This document shows positions 27,960 to 37,959 of a stretch of DNA of 64,000 nucleotides, piece by piece. A program made the translations under genes and the position numbers. The stretch is from assembly GCA_040755995.1 (NCBI GenBank), contig JBFMAF010000051.1:13726-77725 (forward strand), written 5' to 3'. Below the pieces are notes generated by a model. It was not told where the DNA came from, did not search any database, and was given only the letters and a program-made list of their open reading frames with translations. Source of the stretch: Acidobacteriota bacterium (GTDB taxonomy: Bacteria > Acidobacteriota > CAIWXX01). Numbering within the stretch: the first letter of the stretch is position 1; each line of letters opens with the position of its first letter.

Positions 27960-28685
27960 TCATGGCTTGGCCTCCGCAGCCGCCTCGATCAGCCTGAACC
28001 CGCCGTCGAATCGCCAGCTGACGGAGGGCGCGGGCGCGCGGGCGTGCTCGTCGGAGGCGCCGGAGGACGCCACGATGTCGAACCCGTGGAGACACTGTAG
28101 ATAATCGTAGTGGTACTGAGCCGGCGAGTGAATGGCCAGGTCGATGAGGTAGCGCCCGGGGCTGAGGGACTCCGATGAGAAACAGATGGTCGCTACACCG
28201 CGTCCGTCCAGGTGTGCGAGATCGCGCCCGTCCAGCGCCGTATTGGTGCCGAAGACCCGGCGACCCGACGCGTGGTAGACGGCGATTCCGACCACTGGTT
28301 CCTGCACGGGCTTCGCCGCCGCGCACTCCAGCCGGATCGACAGGGTCTCGCCGCGCTCGAACGCCGCGCGCTCGACACCGCCTGCATCTGCGACGGCCAC
28401 ACGTTCGATCGTCGCCTCGCCTCCACCCCATCTCTTCGGCTCGCGCAACGCCGTCTCCTCCGAAGCGCTCTGCGCATAGTACGGACAGTGACGGCACGCA
28501 CGCGGCAGCAGACCTTCGGTCATCTCGAGACGGAGCAGGCGAGCCGGTTCTGAGTTCCAGATCTCATCCAGCGTGTGCACATTGAGATTGCCGAGGCACA
28601 GGTGCGGCTCTGCCAGGTAGCAGCAAAGGTAGACGGAGCCGTCCTCCTTCACGAGCATGTTCTGGGACGGCTTGTTGCAGAGCAC
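27960..28685 (-). CDS. SPASM/twitch Fe-S domain fused to a Wzt C-terminal carbohydrate-binding domain
   Basis: CNKP...DGSVYLCC...LGNL...EIWNS...CRHC followed by GRRVFGTNT and LSPGRYLIDLAIH. Confidence 0.75.
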   Translation of the reverse strand: MLCNKPSQNMLVKEDGSVYLCCYLAEPHLCLGNLNVHTLDEIWNSEPARLLRLEMTEGLLPRACRHCPYYAQSASEETALREPKRWGGGEATIERVAVADAGGVERAAFERGETLSIRLECAAAKPVQEPVVGIAVYHASGRRVFGTNTALDGRDLAHLDGRGVATICFSSESLSPGRYLIDLAIHSPAQYHYDYLQCLHGFDIVASSGASDEHARAPAPSVSWRFDGGFRLIEAAAEAKP

Positions 28686-28690
28686 TGGGC

Positions 28691-28749
28691 GGTTGTCAGT
28701 CGTCGGTTGTCAGTTGTCCGTTGTCAGTTGTCGGTTGTCAGTTGACAGT
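28691..28749. repeat. Heptamer tandem array (GTTGTCA/GTTGTCG) of about 8 units
   Basis: Directly visible; ends in the short inverted repeat tgtcagttgaca. Confidence 0.85.
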
Positions 28750-28884
28750 GGCCGCCGATCAGCGGGACGAGCGGTCGTGAGATATCGACGCCGGCGGAGG
28801 TCCCGGCGGCCCATTCGCCTCATACGGTATGACCAGGTGCCGAGACGGTGATTGGCTCGCTCAATCATGGCCGCGTGTCCATAT

Positions 28885-29841
28885 TCAATAGCGCTGGCGG
28901 TAGACGAGAGGGATGCCGAGGTCGCGGGCGAGCGCGTGGGCCTCTTCGACCTTCGCGTAGTGGATCTCGGGATAGTTCTGGAGGAGCTGTGAGGGGTAGT
29001 CGAAGACCCAGCCCGCGCCCGATACAGGAGCCGAGATGTTCGTCGAGACGTTCATCTGCTGGAAGACGACCTGGTTCACGCCGAGGCCGGCGCCCAGGCG
29101 CACGAACAGCGGTGCCTCGGCGATGTTCTCCTTCATCAGCGTCATGTTGATGAACACCTGCGGCCGCGAGCGTTCGCCTCGGGCCCCGATCAGGGCGCGG
29201 ATGTTGTCGAGGAGCCTCGACAGGTCGTTGTGCCGGATGCGCCGGTAGGTCGGGGCCGTCGCTGCATCTATGGAGACGTTGATCCAGCCGAGCCCGATCT
29301 TGACCAGCTTCTCCGATATTGCCCGAGTCAGCAGGAGGCCGTTGGTGCTGAATCCGGCCTTTGAGGGATCGGGCAACAGCTCGATGATCGACAACAGCCC
29401 CGGGTTCATGAGCGGCTCGCCTATCCCGTGAAGCAGCACTTGCCTGGCCTCGGGCAGGATCGGCGAGAGGTGCTGAACTGTTTCGAGCGGGATATCCGAT
29501 GCCTTGCCGGCAAGCTCGATATCGCACATCACGCAGGCCGGCCTGACGTTGCACCTGGAGCTCACTTCGATCTCGATTGTCCGCGGTCCTTCGGAGAGCC
29601 GAGTTGCGGGGTAAGCGTCAGACGCGAGCCTCCTGGATATCTCGGCGGCGTCCCCGAAGGCCGACTCATACCTCTCCCGCAGGGCCTGGGCCTCGGGTGA
29701 TTGCTCGAATGCCTGCTTCAACCCATCCCTATCGAGCACGGCATTGTCCAACAGGGTCGCATGGTGCCTCAGCCCCGCCTCGTCCGGCGCCCGCTTGAGG
29801 ATGGAGTGGTAGAGCCACGTCACGTACTGCGCGTTGTCCAT
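28885..29841 (-). CDS. Radical SAM enzyme with N-terminal DUF4214-like domain and CX5CX2C motif
   Basis: LYHSILKRAPDEAGL...SPEA; SRCNVRPACVMC; GIGEPLMN; STNGLLL; SIDAAT; GGAG RBS before ATG 29841. Confidence 0.85.
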   Translation of the reverse strand: MDNAQYVTWLYHSILKRAPDEAGLRHHATLLDNAVLDRDGLKQAFEQSPEAQALRERYESAFGDAAEISRRLASDAYPATRLSEGPRTIEIEVSSRCNVRPACVMCDIELAGKASDIPLETVQHLSPILPEARQVLLHGIGEPLMNPGLLSIIELLPDPSKAGFSTNGLLLTRAISEKLVKIGLGWINVSIDAATAPTYRRIRHNDLSRLLDNIRALIGARGERSRPQVFINMTLMKENIAEAPLFVRLGAGLGVNQVVFQQMNVSTNISAPVSGAGWVFDYPSQLLQNYPEIHYAKVEEAHALARDLGIPLVYRQRY

Positions 29842-29867
29842 CTCCTGCAGACTCGATTCGAAAGCGA

Positions 29868-29896
29868 AACGTAGCAACCCCGATGGCGGCTGTCAA
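29868..29896 (-). promoter_or_regulatory. Putative sigma70 promoter for the radical SAM-gmhA genes
   Basis: TTGACA-17 bp-TACGTT. Confidence 0.4.
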
Positions 29897-30013
29897 GCCC
29901 GCCGTCAGTGGCCCTCAGTGCGCCGCCGCCTCCAGGAGCCGCCTGCACCTTGCCCATCGGCCACCGCCCCAGCGACACTCCGTGACCAGGATCACACTTC
30001 GGATGGGAGCCCC

Positions 30014-30042
30014 TTGACGGCAATCGGGGTGGAAGCTATATT
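30014..30042 (+). promoter_or_regulatory. Putative sigma70 promoter
   Basis: TTGACG-17 bp-TATATT upstream of 30132. Confidence 0.5.
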
Positions 30043-30131
30043 CCTAGTGCAGGGGTAGGAATTGAGTTGATACGTGGTCATGGGACTCATGCTCCGTCGA
30101 GGAGCAACACAACCAACATGGAGAGATCAGC

Positions 30132-30497
30132 ATGAAGAAAGCATTCGCAGTGGCGCTTCTGATCGGGCTGGCGGCCGGCCAGGCGGCATGGGCCGACGAG
30201 TACACGAAGGCCGCAGCCACTGAGTATCAGAAGGTCCCGTTAATCGACAAGATGTGCCTCGAGAAGGTCAAGAGCGATCCTGACAAGCACACCACCAAGT
30301 GCCTTGCCATGTGCGCAAGCAGTGGGTACGGAGTCCTCTTGGAAGACGGGACTTACCTGAAGTTCGACAAGGCGGGCGACGAGAAGGCTATCGCAGCGCT
30401 CAAAGCCACCGACAAGAAGGACCACATCCGGGTGTCCGTGAAAGGCGAGCGAGACGGCGATACGTTCAAGGTGGAGAACCTACAGATCGAGAAGTAG
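30132..30497 (+). CDS. Small secreted hypothetical protein with three Cys
   Basis: GGAG RBS, AWA signal-peptide cleavage site, DKMC and HTTKCLAMCASSGYGV motifs, coding-like codon use. Confidence 0.8.
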   Translation: MKKAFAVALLIGLAAGQAAWADEYTKAAATEYQKVPLIDKMCLEKVKSDPDKHTTKCLAMCASSGYGVLLEDGTYLKFDKAGDEKAIAALKATDKKDHIRVSVKGERDGDTFKVENLQIEK

Positions 30498-30523
30498 CTG
30501 GCGGAAGCACGGAATCGGCGATT

Positions 30524-30558
30524 GGCCGCCCCGAAGCAAGGGGCGGCCCTTCTTTCTT
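30524..30558 (+). terminator. Rho-independent terminator
   Basis: ggccgcccc-gaagcaa-ggggcggcc followed by cttctttctt. Confidence 0.75.
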
Positions 30559-30697
30559 GAGCCCTTCCGATGTCGCACCGGCTGACCACGGCAGCTCCTG
30601 GTCGAGGTGTCCGGCGATCGCGATGTGCCTCTCATCTCGCTGTGCGATGAAGCATCTGCCCTGTGAGGCGGTTGCAGGGAACGGCGCGGCACCTCTC

Positions 30698-30731
30698 TCA
30701 CCGCGTCTCCGTGTCGCCGCGTCTCCGCGTC
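30698..30731. repeat. Octamer tandem repeat (NCCGCGTC)x4
   Basis: accgcgtc tccgtgtc gccgcgtc tccgcgtc; same unit as at 58542-58610. Confidence 0.75.
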
Positions 30732-30786
30732 TGATGCCGCGTGAACGAGCCTGTCTTCTAGCCCTGTACGTGTACCCCCCGAGCTT

Positions 30787-30815
30787 TTGACACCCAGATA
30801 CCCTTCCGCTAGAAT
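30787..30815 (+). promoter_or_regulatory. Near-consensus sigma70 promoter for galT (and possibly rel)
   Basis: TTGACA-17 bp-TAGAAT. Confidence 0.7.
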
Positions 30816-30856
30816 CCGCGACGTGAGAGCCACGAAAGGCGAAAGGGACAGGTCAT

Positions 30857-31861
30857 ATGCCAGAGCTCCGGAAGGATCCAGTGAGTGGGCGGTGGATAAT
30901 CATCTCCACCGAACGAGGCAAGCGCCCCTCGGAATTCAGGGGTGAGACCCCGGCCAGGCGCAACAACGGCGGATTCTGCCCCTTTTGCCCTGGCAACGAG
31001 GACAAGACGCCGCGCGAGGTTCTTTCGTACCGAAGAGACGGGAGCCCCCCGGATACGCCCGGCTGGGAGCTGCGCGTAGTGCCCAACAGGTATCCTGCGC
31101 TCAGGATCGAGGGCGGGCTAAACCGGCAGGGCGAGGGGATCTACGACAAGATGAACGGCATCGGCGCTCATGAGGTGATCATCGAGACGCCGTCGCACGA
31201 GGCCACACTCGCGACACTAGCCGAGCGTGATATCGAGAACGTCTTCTGGAGCTTCCACGACCGTGTGCTCGACCTGAAGAAGGACCGGAGATTCAAGTAC
31301 ATCCTGATTTTCAAGAACCACGGCGAGGCGGCCGGGGCCAGCGTCGAGCACACACATTCGCAGCTCATAGCACTGCCCATCGTCCCCAAGCGCGTCCGCG
31401 AGGAGATCGACGGCTGCAAGACGTACTACAGCTTCAAAGAGCGCTGCATATACTGCGACATCATCAAGCAGGAGAGCGACGTCGGAACCCGGGTGATCGC
31501 CGAGAACAGCGATTTCCTGGCAGTGTCGCCATTCGCCCCGCGCTTTCCCTTCGAAACCTGGATCCTGCCCAAGAACCACGGCGCTTATTTCGAAGCGTGC
31601 CAGAAGCACGAGTATGAGAACCTGTCGAAGGTCGTCAAGGACATCCTCATGCGAATGGATCGCGTGCTGGAGTTCCCGCCGTACAACATGTTGATCCAGA
31701 CGTCGCCCTTCCACGAGATCGTGACTGACTTCTATCACTGGCACATCGAGATCATGCCCAAGCTCACGAAGGTGGCCGGCTTCGAATGGGGGACCGGGTT
31801 CTATCTGAATCCCACGCTGCCCGAGGAGGCCGCGAAGTTCATGAGGGAAGCGGCCCCCTAG
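30857..31861 (+). CDS. galT: Galactose-1-phosphate uridylyltransferase
   Basis: CPFCPGNE, GAHEVIIE, GASVEHTHSQ (HxH nucleophile motif) and AGFEWGTG. Confidence 0.93.
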   Translation: MPELRKDPVSGRWIIISTERGKRPSEFRGETPARRNNGGFCPFCPGNEDKTPREVLSYRRDGSPPDTPGWELRVVPNRYPALRIEGGLNRQGEGIYDKMNGIGAHEVIIETPSHEATLATLAERDIENVFWSFHDRVLDLKKDRRFKYILIFKNHGEAAGASVEHTHSQLIALPIVPKRVREEIDGCKTYYSFKERCIYCDIIKQESDVGTRVIAENSDFLAVSPFAPRFPFETWILPKNHGAYFEACQKHEYENLSKVVKDILMRMDRVLEFPPYNMLIQTSPFHEIVTDFYHWHIEIMPKLTKVAGFEWGTGFYLNPTLPEEAAKFMREAAP

Positions 31862-32029
31862 AGGGGCGCTGCACGCGCGCCCCGGGGCGGCACGCGCCAA
31901 ACCGCGCCTCGGCGTTTCACGGGATCGCTCCCTGCCTCTCGCCTCCGGGTGGAGTTCATGCCCTCATTTCGCAGGGACACGGGGACGTCACCTTTGAAAT
32001 CAGGCCCGCGAATTGCTAGCATCTTCAGT

Positions 32030-34198
32030 ATGATCCGCATCGACGACCTGCTCGACCGCCTCGAAACCCTGAATCCGACCGACAACCTCGACTTGCTGAG
32101 GCGGGCCTACATGTTCTCCGCGTGGAAGCACCAGGGGCAGGTCAGGATGTCGGGTGAGCCGTATCTGATGCATCCGCTCGAGGTAGCCGGCATCCTGGTG
32201 GATCTCCATCTCGACAGCGTCACGATCGCCGCAGGGCTGCTGCACGACGTGGTCGAGGACACTCGGACGACCATCGAGACCCTGCGCGAGTACTTCGGCG
32301 ACACTGTGGCGCATCTGGTCGAAGGGGTGACGAAGCTGAGCAAGATCCCGTTCTCGTCGCAGGAGGAGAAGCAGGCTGAGAATTTTCGCAAGATGCTCCT
32401 CGCGATGGTCGACGACATCCGGGTGATCGTCATCAAGCTCGCGGACCGGCTTCACAACATGCGCACGCTCGAGTTTCTTCCCGAGGAGAAACGGAGGCGG
32501 ATCGCCCAGGAGACGCTCGACATCTACGCTCCGATCGCCAACCGTCTCGGCATAGGGAAGATCCGCAACGAGCTGGAAGACCTCGCGTTCCGCCACCTCG
32601 ACCCTGCCGCGTACATCGAGCTGGAGAACCTGGTCGGGCAGCGGCGGAGGGCATCGGAGGAGTTCATAAGGGAGATGGAGGAGAAGGTGCGGACGGCGCT
32701 GAAGGAGAGCAGCATCCCCGCCGCGATCCAGAGCCGCATCAAGCGAAACTACTCGATCTACCTGAAGATGAAGCGGCAGAAGATCACGATCGAACAGGTC
32801 TACGATTTCATCGCGCTGCGCATCCTGACCGACACCGAACGCAACTGCTATGCGGTGATGGGGTACATGCACCAGATTGGACGCCCCGTGCCGGGCAGGA
32901 TCAAGGACTTCATCGCCATCCCCAAGCCGAACCTGTACCAGTCGATCCACACCTCGATCGTGGACGAGAAGGGGCGCGCCTGCGAAATCCAGATCCGTAC
33001 GCACGAAATGCACCGTGTGGCCGAAGAGGGGATTGCGGCGCATTGGAAGTACAAGGAGGGCAAGCCGGCCGCAGAGTCCGAGGACCAGCACGTCCAGTGG
33101 CTGCGCCAACTCCTCGAGTACCACCGCGAGGTGAAGGACCCGAAGGAGTTTCTGAGCATCCTGAAGGTGGACCTGTACCCGGACGAGGTCTACGCGTTCA
33201 CTCCGAAGGGCCAGGTCATCTCGCTGCCGCGCGGCTCCACATCGATCGACTTCGCATATGCAATACACACGCAGATCGGGAATCGATGCTCGGGCGCCCG
33301 CGTGAATGGGCAGCTGGTGCCTCTGCGGCACAGGCTTCGGAGCGGCGATTTCGTCGAGATCATCACGGCGCAGTCGAACAACGTCAGCCGCGACTGGCTC
33401 AACATCGTGAAGACCTCACGCGCGCGCCACAAGATCAAGCACATCATCCAGCAGCAGGATCGCGCGCGATCCGTGGAGGTCGGGGCGAAGCTGTGGGAGA
33501 AGGAGTGCCGCAAGTACAAGATCAACCCGAAGAAGGTCGATGAAGACCTGGTCAAGAAGCTGCCGGAATACGGAATGCAGAAGATCGAGGACTTCTACGC
33601 CTCGCTCGGGTATGGCAAGATGTCGGCCAAGACGGTACTGACGCGGCTCATGCCGGAGGCCACCGCCGAGGAGCCCGCGCCGGCCAAGGAATCGCGCATC
33701 GCCAGCGCCGTCAAGAAGGCCTTCGGCCTCGGCGAGAAGGCGATCAAGGTCAAGGGCGCCGAAGACGTGCTCGTCTACCTCGCCAAGTGCTGCAACCCGA
33801 TCAAGGGTGAGAGGATCGTCGGCTACATCACGCGCGGCAAGGGCGTGGCAGTGCACGCCGAACGCTGCTCAAACGTAACGAACCTGCTCTACGACGCCGA
33901 GCGAAAGATCGATGTGAACTGGGACGGCACCAGCGAAGCGCCGTACGGCGTCCCCGTCGAGGTCGAAGTCGACGACCGTCCAGGCATGCTGGCCAAGGTC
34001 ACGACGGCGGTCGCAGCGGCCAAGACCAACATCCGTGCCGCCAAGGTCGAGACAGACGAGGGCAGAGGATACATCAAGATGGAAGTCGAGGTGGCCGACG
34101 TGAAACACCTCGACAAGATCCTCTCAACCCTCCGCGGGATACAGGGCGTCAGCAGCGTCGAGCGGGTCTACGAAGAGAAACGCAAGCCGGGGCATTGA
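32030..34198 (+). CDS. relA: Bifunctional (p)ppGpp synthetase/hydrolase (long RSH: HD, SYN, TGS, ZFD, ACT)
   Basis: SGEPY, LHDVVED, KLADRLHNMRTL, YQSIHT, EIQIRT, AAHWKYK, FTPKG and AKCCNP motifs. Confidence 0.95.
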   Translation: MIRIDDLLDRLETLNPTDNLDLLRRAYMFSAWKHQGQVRMSGEPYLMHPLEVAGILVDLHLDSVTIAAGLLHDVVEDTRTTIETLREYFGDTVAHLVEGVTKLSKIPFSSQEEKQAENFRKMLLAMVDDIRVIVIKLADRLHNMRTLEFLPEEKRRRIAQETLDIYAPIANRLGIGKIRNELEDLAFRHLDPAAYIELENLVGQRRRASEEFIREMEEKVRTALKESSIPAAIQSRIKRNYSIYLKMKRQKITIEQVYDFIALRILTDTERNCYAVMGYMHQIGRPVPGRIKDFIAIPKPNLYQSIHTSIVDEKGRACEIQIRTHEMHRVAEEGIAAHWKYKEGKPAAESEDQHVQWLRQLLEYHREVKDPKEFLSILKVDLYPDEVYAFTPKGQVISLPRGSTSIDFAYAIHTQIGNRCSGARVNGQLVPLRHRLRSGDFVEIITAQSNNVSRDWLNIVKTSRARHKIKHIIQQQDRARSVEVGAKLWEKECRKYKINPKKVDEDLVKKLPEYGMQKIEDFYASLGYGKMSAKTVLTRLMPEATAEEPAPAKESRIASAVKKAFGLGEKAIKVKGAEDVLVYLAKCCNPIKGERIVGYITRGKGVAVHAERCSNVTNLLYDAERKIDVNWDGTSEAPYGVPVEVEVDDRPGMLAKVTTAVAAAKTNIRAAKVETDEGRGYIKMEVEVADVKHLDKILSTLRGIQGVSSVERVYEEKRKPGH

Positions 34199-34481
34199 CA
34201 GCCTGTGCCGCGTGCCCGACGCGCGCCGTGATACGCGCCCGCCGCGGTGGTTCGCGGTCGCAGGCGCCCGCGGCATGGTGCCTATAGGCTGCCGTCCAGC
34301 ACTCCCCGGACCTTCTGCGCCAGGTTGCGATCGCCATTGCCGTCCGGCCCTTCGACGCGCCAAACGCCGCCTGGCCGCGCAGGCCAATCACCGCAAGAAC
34401 CGTTGAGTGCAGATGCGATGCTGCGGATTCAAGGTTTCAGTGGGAACACTTGACATCGAGGCACATCAGCCATACCTTCTG

Positions 34482-34632
34482 GCGAAGGGGGGCCTCGGAC
34501 GGATGAATCATGCAAGACGGCCTTGGCCGGGCCTCGAGTCTGGAGTTGAGAGTGACTACCGTGGGAATTCAGAGCGAATGACGCGACGCAACGAACTTGA
34601 CTCAATCGTGGCATCCTTTTCGTTTCGAGCCC
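34482..34632 (+). repeat. Diverged ~150-bp copy of the hairpin element plus downstream block; direct repeat of 37959-38123
   Basis: Shares gatgaatcatgcaag, gagttgagagtgact, cgtgggaattcagagc and ttgactcaatcg with the 38-kb copy. Confidence 0.85.
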
Positions 34633-34639
34633 AGTAGCC

Positions 34640-36589
34640 ATGATCCAATCCCGACCGTGGCGAGCTAATAGCCAACTCGCGGTGTTGCTGCTCGCTCTGG
34701 CTGGCCGCGGGGTCGCGGCCGCGGGAGACCCGGCCGAGCTGGAGCGAAGATTGGCGGGCGCGTCCGGAGCCGAACGCGTCGACATCCTCCTCGATCTATC
34801 GGAGGCCTACATGTATACGGCTCCCGACAAGGTCCTCGCGTACGCCGAGCAGGCATACGAGGCGGCGACTGCCCTGTCTCTGGCTGGACCGGCGGCGCGG
34901 GCGGTAATTGCCCGTGCGAGCGGGCGGTTCCGCATGGGCGACCTCGACGGGGCGCTGGAAGGCTACCGCGCGGGGCTTGCGGAGGCGGAGCGCCTTGGCG
35001 ATCCACTGCTGATCGGCCGCTGTCTCAACGGGCTCGCGGCGGTGAGCGGGGGGAAAGGCGACCTCGACACGGCGCTGGATTACTATGGCCGGGCCGCCGC
35101 CGAGTTCGAGAAGGCCCGCGAGCCCGCGAAGCTCGCCGGCGTGTACAACAACATTTCAATGATCCAGCGATCGAGGGGGAAATACGGCCAGTCGCTGGAT
35201 GCAGCGTTCAAAGCGCAGCGGCTGTACGAGGAGATCGGCGACGAGAACGGGCTCGGAATCGTCCTCAACACCATCGGCGCTGTGTACCGCGAGGTGGCAA
35301 ATCCGATGCGTGCGCGCTTGTGCTATGAGCGCGCCCTGGCCATTGGCGAGAAGACCGGCAACCAGATGATGGTGGTGTCCTGCCTCATCAACCTCGGAGA
35401 AATCCAGACCAACCTGGGGGAGTTGAATCAGGCCCTCGTCACGCTGGACCGGGGGCTGGCGGTCGCGCGGGAGATCGGTGCCCCTGACCTCATTTCGATG
35501 TGCCTGGGCAACCTCGGCGACGCCCTGAGGGAGAAGGGTGAGACCGACGCTGCGCTTGAGAAGTACAAGGAATCGATGCGGCTGTTCGAGGAGATGGGAG
35601 CCCTGCCGCGGCTGGCATTCTCTTACGTTAGCGTCGGCCAGCTATACCTCGACCTCGGCAGGCTTCGAGAGGCTGAGACCTACCTCGTGAAGGGATTTGA
35701 GCTCGGTGGCAAGGTCCAGGAGCGTGCTCCGCAGAGGAACGCCGCCCATGCCTTGGTCAAACTATACCAACGGACTGGTGACTTTCGCAGCGCGTTCAAG
35801 TATCAGCGCACCTTGGATGAGCTTCGGCAGCAAGACTTCTCGGTGGAGACCTTCGAGAAGGTCTCATCGCTTCAAGCCGAGCTCGAGGCGGAGAAGAGAG
35901 AGCGAGAGGTGGAGCTGCTTCGGAAAGAGAGTACGATCAACGCGCTCGAGGTCAGGCGGCAGAGGCTCTGGCTCGGCCTGGTCGTCTCCGGCCTCGTGTT
36001 CACTACTGCCCTCTCCGGCGTCCTCTACAACTTTTACAGGCTGAAACGCCGGAGCAGTGCCGAGCTCGGCGTCGCTTACAAGCGCGTAGCGGAGCTGGCC
36101 CAGAAGGACGAGCTGACCGGGCTGCTCAATCGGCGGTCGGCGACCGAGCGACTGCAGCTTGAGGTAGTGCGCTCCCGCCGCACGCAACGGCCGTTCAGTA
36201 TCGTCCTGCTCGACGTGGACAACTTCAAGAAGATAAACGACCAGCACGGACACCCTTGCGGGGACGCCGTGCTCCGCAGCCTGGCGGGCCTGCTCACGAG
36301 CGGAGTGCGTGCCGAGGACATGGTCGCCAGGTGGGGAGGTGAGGAGTTCCTGATGCTACTGCCGGAGACCCCTCGGGATGGTGCGATGGTGCTGGCCGAG
36401 AAGCTCCGATCGACCGTAGCCGACCACACGCTCAACCACGATGGGCGCGAAGTCCGCTTCACAGTCACGATGGGTGTCAGCGTTTACGATCACCTCGCCT
36501 CACTCGATGACTGTGTCCGCGGCGCCGATCAGGCGCTCTATGCCGGCAAACGATCCGGAAAGAACGTCGTGGTCGCCGCTACCGCGTGA
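34640..36589 (+). CDS. Membrane-anchored TPR-sensor diguanylate cyclase
   Basis: Signal peptide, TPR array, TM, DELTGLLNRR, RAED I-site and GGEEF. Confidence 0.9.
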   Translation: MIQSRPWRANSQLAVLLLALAGRGVAAAGDPAELERRLAGASGAERVDILLDLSEAYMYTAPDKVLAYAEQAYEAATALSLAGPAARAVIARASGRFRMGDLDGALEGYRAGLAEAERLGDPLLIGRCLNGLAAVSGGKGDLDTALDYYGRAAAEFEKAREPAKLAGVYNNISMIQRSRGKYGQSLDAAFKAQRLYEEIGDENGLGIVLNTIGAVYREVANPMRARLCYERALAIGEKTGNQMMVVSCLINLGEIQTNLGELNQALVTLDRGLAVAREIGAPDLISMCLGNLGDALREKGETDAALEKYKESMRLFEEMGALPRLAFSYVSVGQLYLDLGRLREAETYLVKGFELGGKVQERAPQRNAAHALVKLYQRTGDFRSAFKYQRTLDELRQQDFSVETFEKVSSLQAELEAEKREREVELLRKESTINALEVRRQRLWLGLVVSGLVFTTALSGVLYNFYRLKRRSSAELGVAYKRVAELAQKDELTGLLNRRSATERLQLEVVRSRRTQRPFSIVLLDVDNFKKINDQHGHPCGDAVLRSLAGLLTSGVRAEDMVARWGGEEFLMLLPETPRDGAMVLAEKLRSTVADHTLNHDGREVRFTVTMGVSVYDHLASLDDCVRGADQALYAGKRSGKNVVVAATA

Positions 36590-36712
36590 CAGCACCATTG
36601 CGTTCCTGCCGGCACGTAGAGCCAGGCTGGCCCGGCCAGCCGCTCCGGGGCACCCCGGCCGTTCCCGGCATCCCGGCACGGCGGCGCTTGACCGGAGGCA
36701 GACAACCGCAAT

Positions 36713-37959
36713 ATGCTCAGCACCCGAACCGTCATGGTCATGTTGCGGAATAACCTCGGTCAGAAGCTTGGGATTCTGATTCTCTTGCTGTCGATGGCCG
36801 TTCCTCTCCCAGCGCAAGAGGACACGTTATCGTCGGTGACCCCGGAGAAGCCCTCGGTCGGACAGGATCCGCAAGATCCAGTGGGGCCCGACTTCTATAT
36901 CTATTCGAAGAATGGCTACCAATTGGGAATTGGTGGATATGTCAAGTTCAATGGACTCTATGATTTCGTACCGCTTGAGAACTACAGGTCGTTCCTGACC
37001 GAGGAGATACCAGTAGGCCATGCCAATGTGAAGGATAACCATCTACATTTCGACATAAACCAGACCAGGTTATTCTTTCAGGCGCTGGGTGGCACGCCCT
37101 ACGGCAACATGAAGATATATACTTCGAATGTGATTTCGCTGATCAGGACGGGGTATTCAGGATTCGGGATGCCTATGGATCAATCAGGGGTTTCCTGATC
37201 GGAAAGACCACTTCAACGATCGTCGACCTGGATGCGAAGCCGTTCACAGTAGATCTTGAAGGCCCAAATAGCATTTTTCTGCCGAAGAAGGTAATGATCA
37301 GGTACACGGCACGGCGGGCCAAGAACCTTGCTTTCACGATCTCAGCGGAGGAACAAAGGCCTCGCGCCACTTACTCCCTCTACACAGCTGCATTGAACCA
37401 GTACGTTCCCGATCTGGCATTTCGGTTGCGGTACAAGGTCGAAAAAGGGCATCTTTCGCTCGGTGGCCTTTACCGGTACTTCACCTACGAGGACACGCTG
37501 AACAACCGGGCGAGGAGCAGCAATGGATGGGGTCTGTCCCTTGGCGGTTCCTACAGGCTGGTCTCAAGATTGAAATTCCTCGTCCATGGGACTTATGCGT
37601 ATGGAGTTGCGAGCTACGTTCACGATTTCATGTGGACCGAAAGGGATTTCGTCCCGTCTGCGACTCGGCCGGGAGAACTGGAAGCCGTCCCGGTATATGG
37701 AGGTTTTGGGGCCTTTGAGGCACAATGGACTAAGAAGACGAAATCATCTTTTGTTTATAGTTACTTGCAGGCCGGTGACATTGGGAACAAGCCGCCCAGT
37801 TCATATCAGATCGGCCATTATGTGCTAGGTAACTATGTTTGGTTTGTCCTCCCGAAACTAAGGCTCGCAACAGAGCTCATTTATGGGAACAGGATTAATA
37901 AAGATGGGCAGGAAGGGTCTGCGAGGCGGATCTATTTCATGGCTCAGTTCGACCTCTAG
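36713..37959 (+). pseudogene. DcaP-family outer-membrane porin interrupted by a 2-bp frameshift at ~37115-37121
   Basis: IGGYVK, FDINQTRL, (KIYFECDF after repair), GKTTST, DLEGPNS and C-terminal AQFDL; visibly lower GC than its flanks. Confidence 0.75.

Noticed and set aside
28691..28749. Short repeat arrays as CRISPR
   Set aside because: Units are 6-9 bp with no unique spacers, and no cas genes are present.
28860..28887. Radical SAM TGA as selenocysteine readthrough
   Set aside because: A second in-frame TGA follows after seven codons, and the SPASM domain is in another frame.
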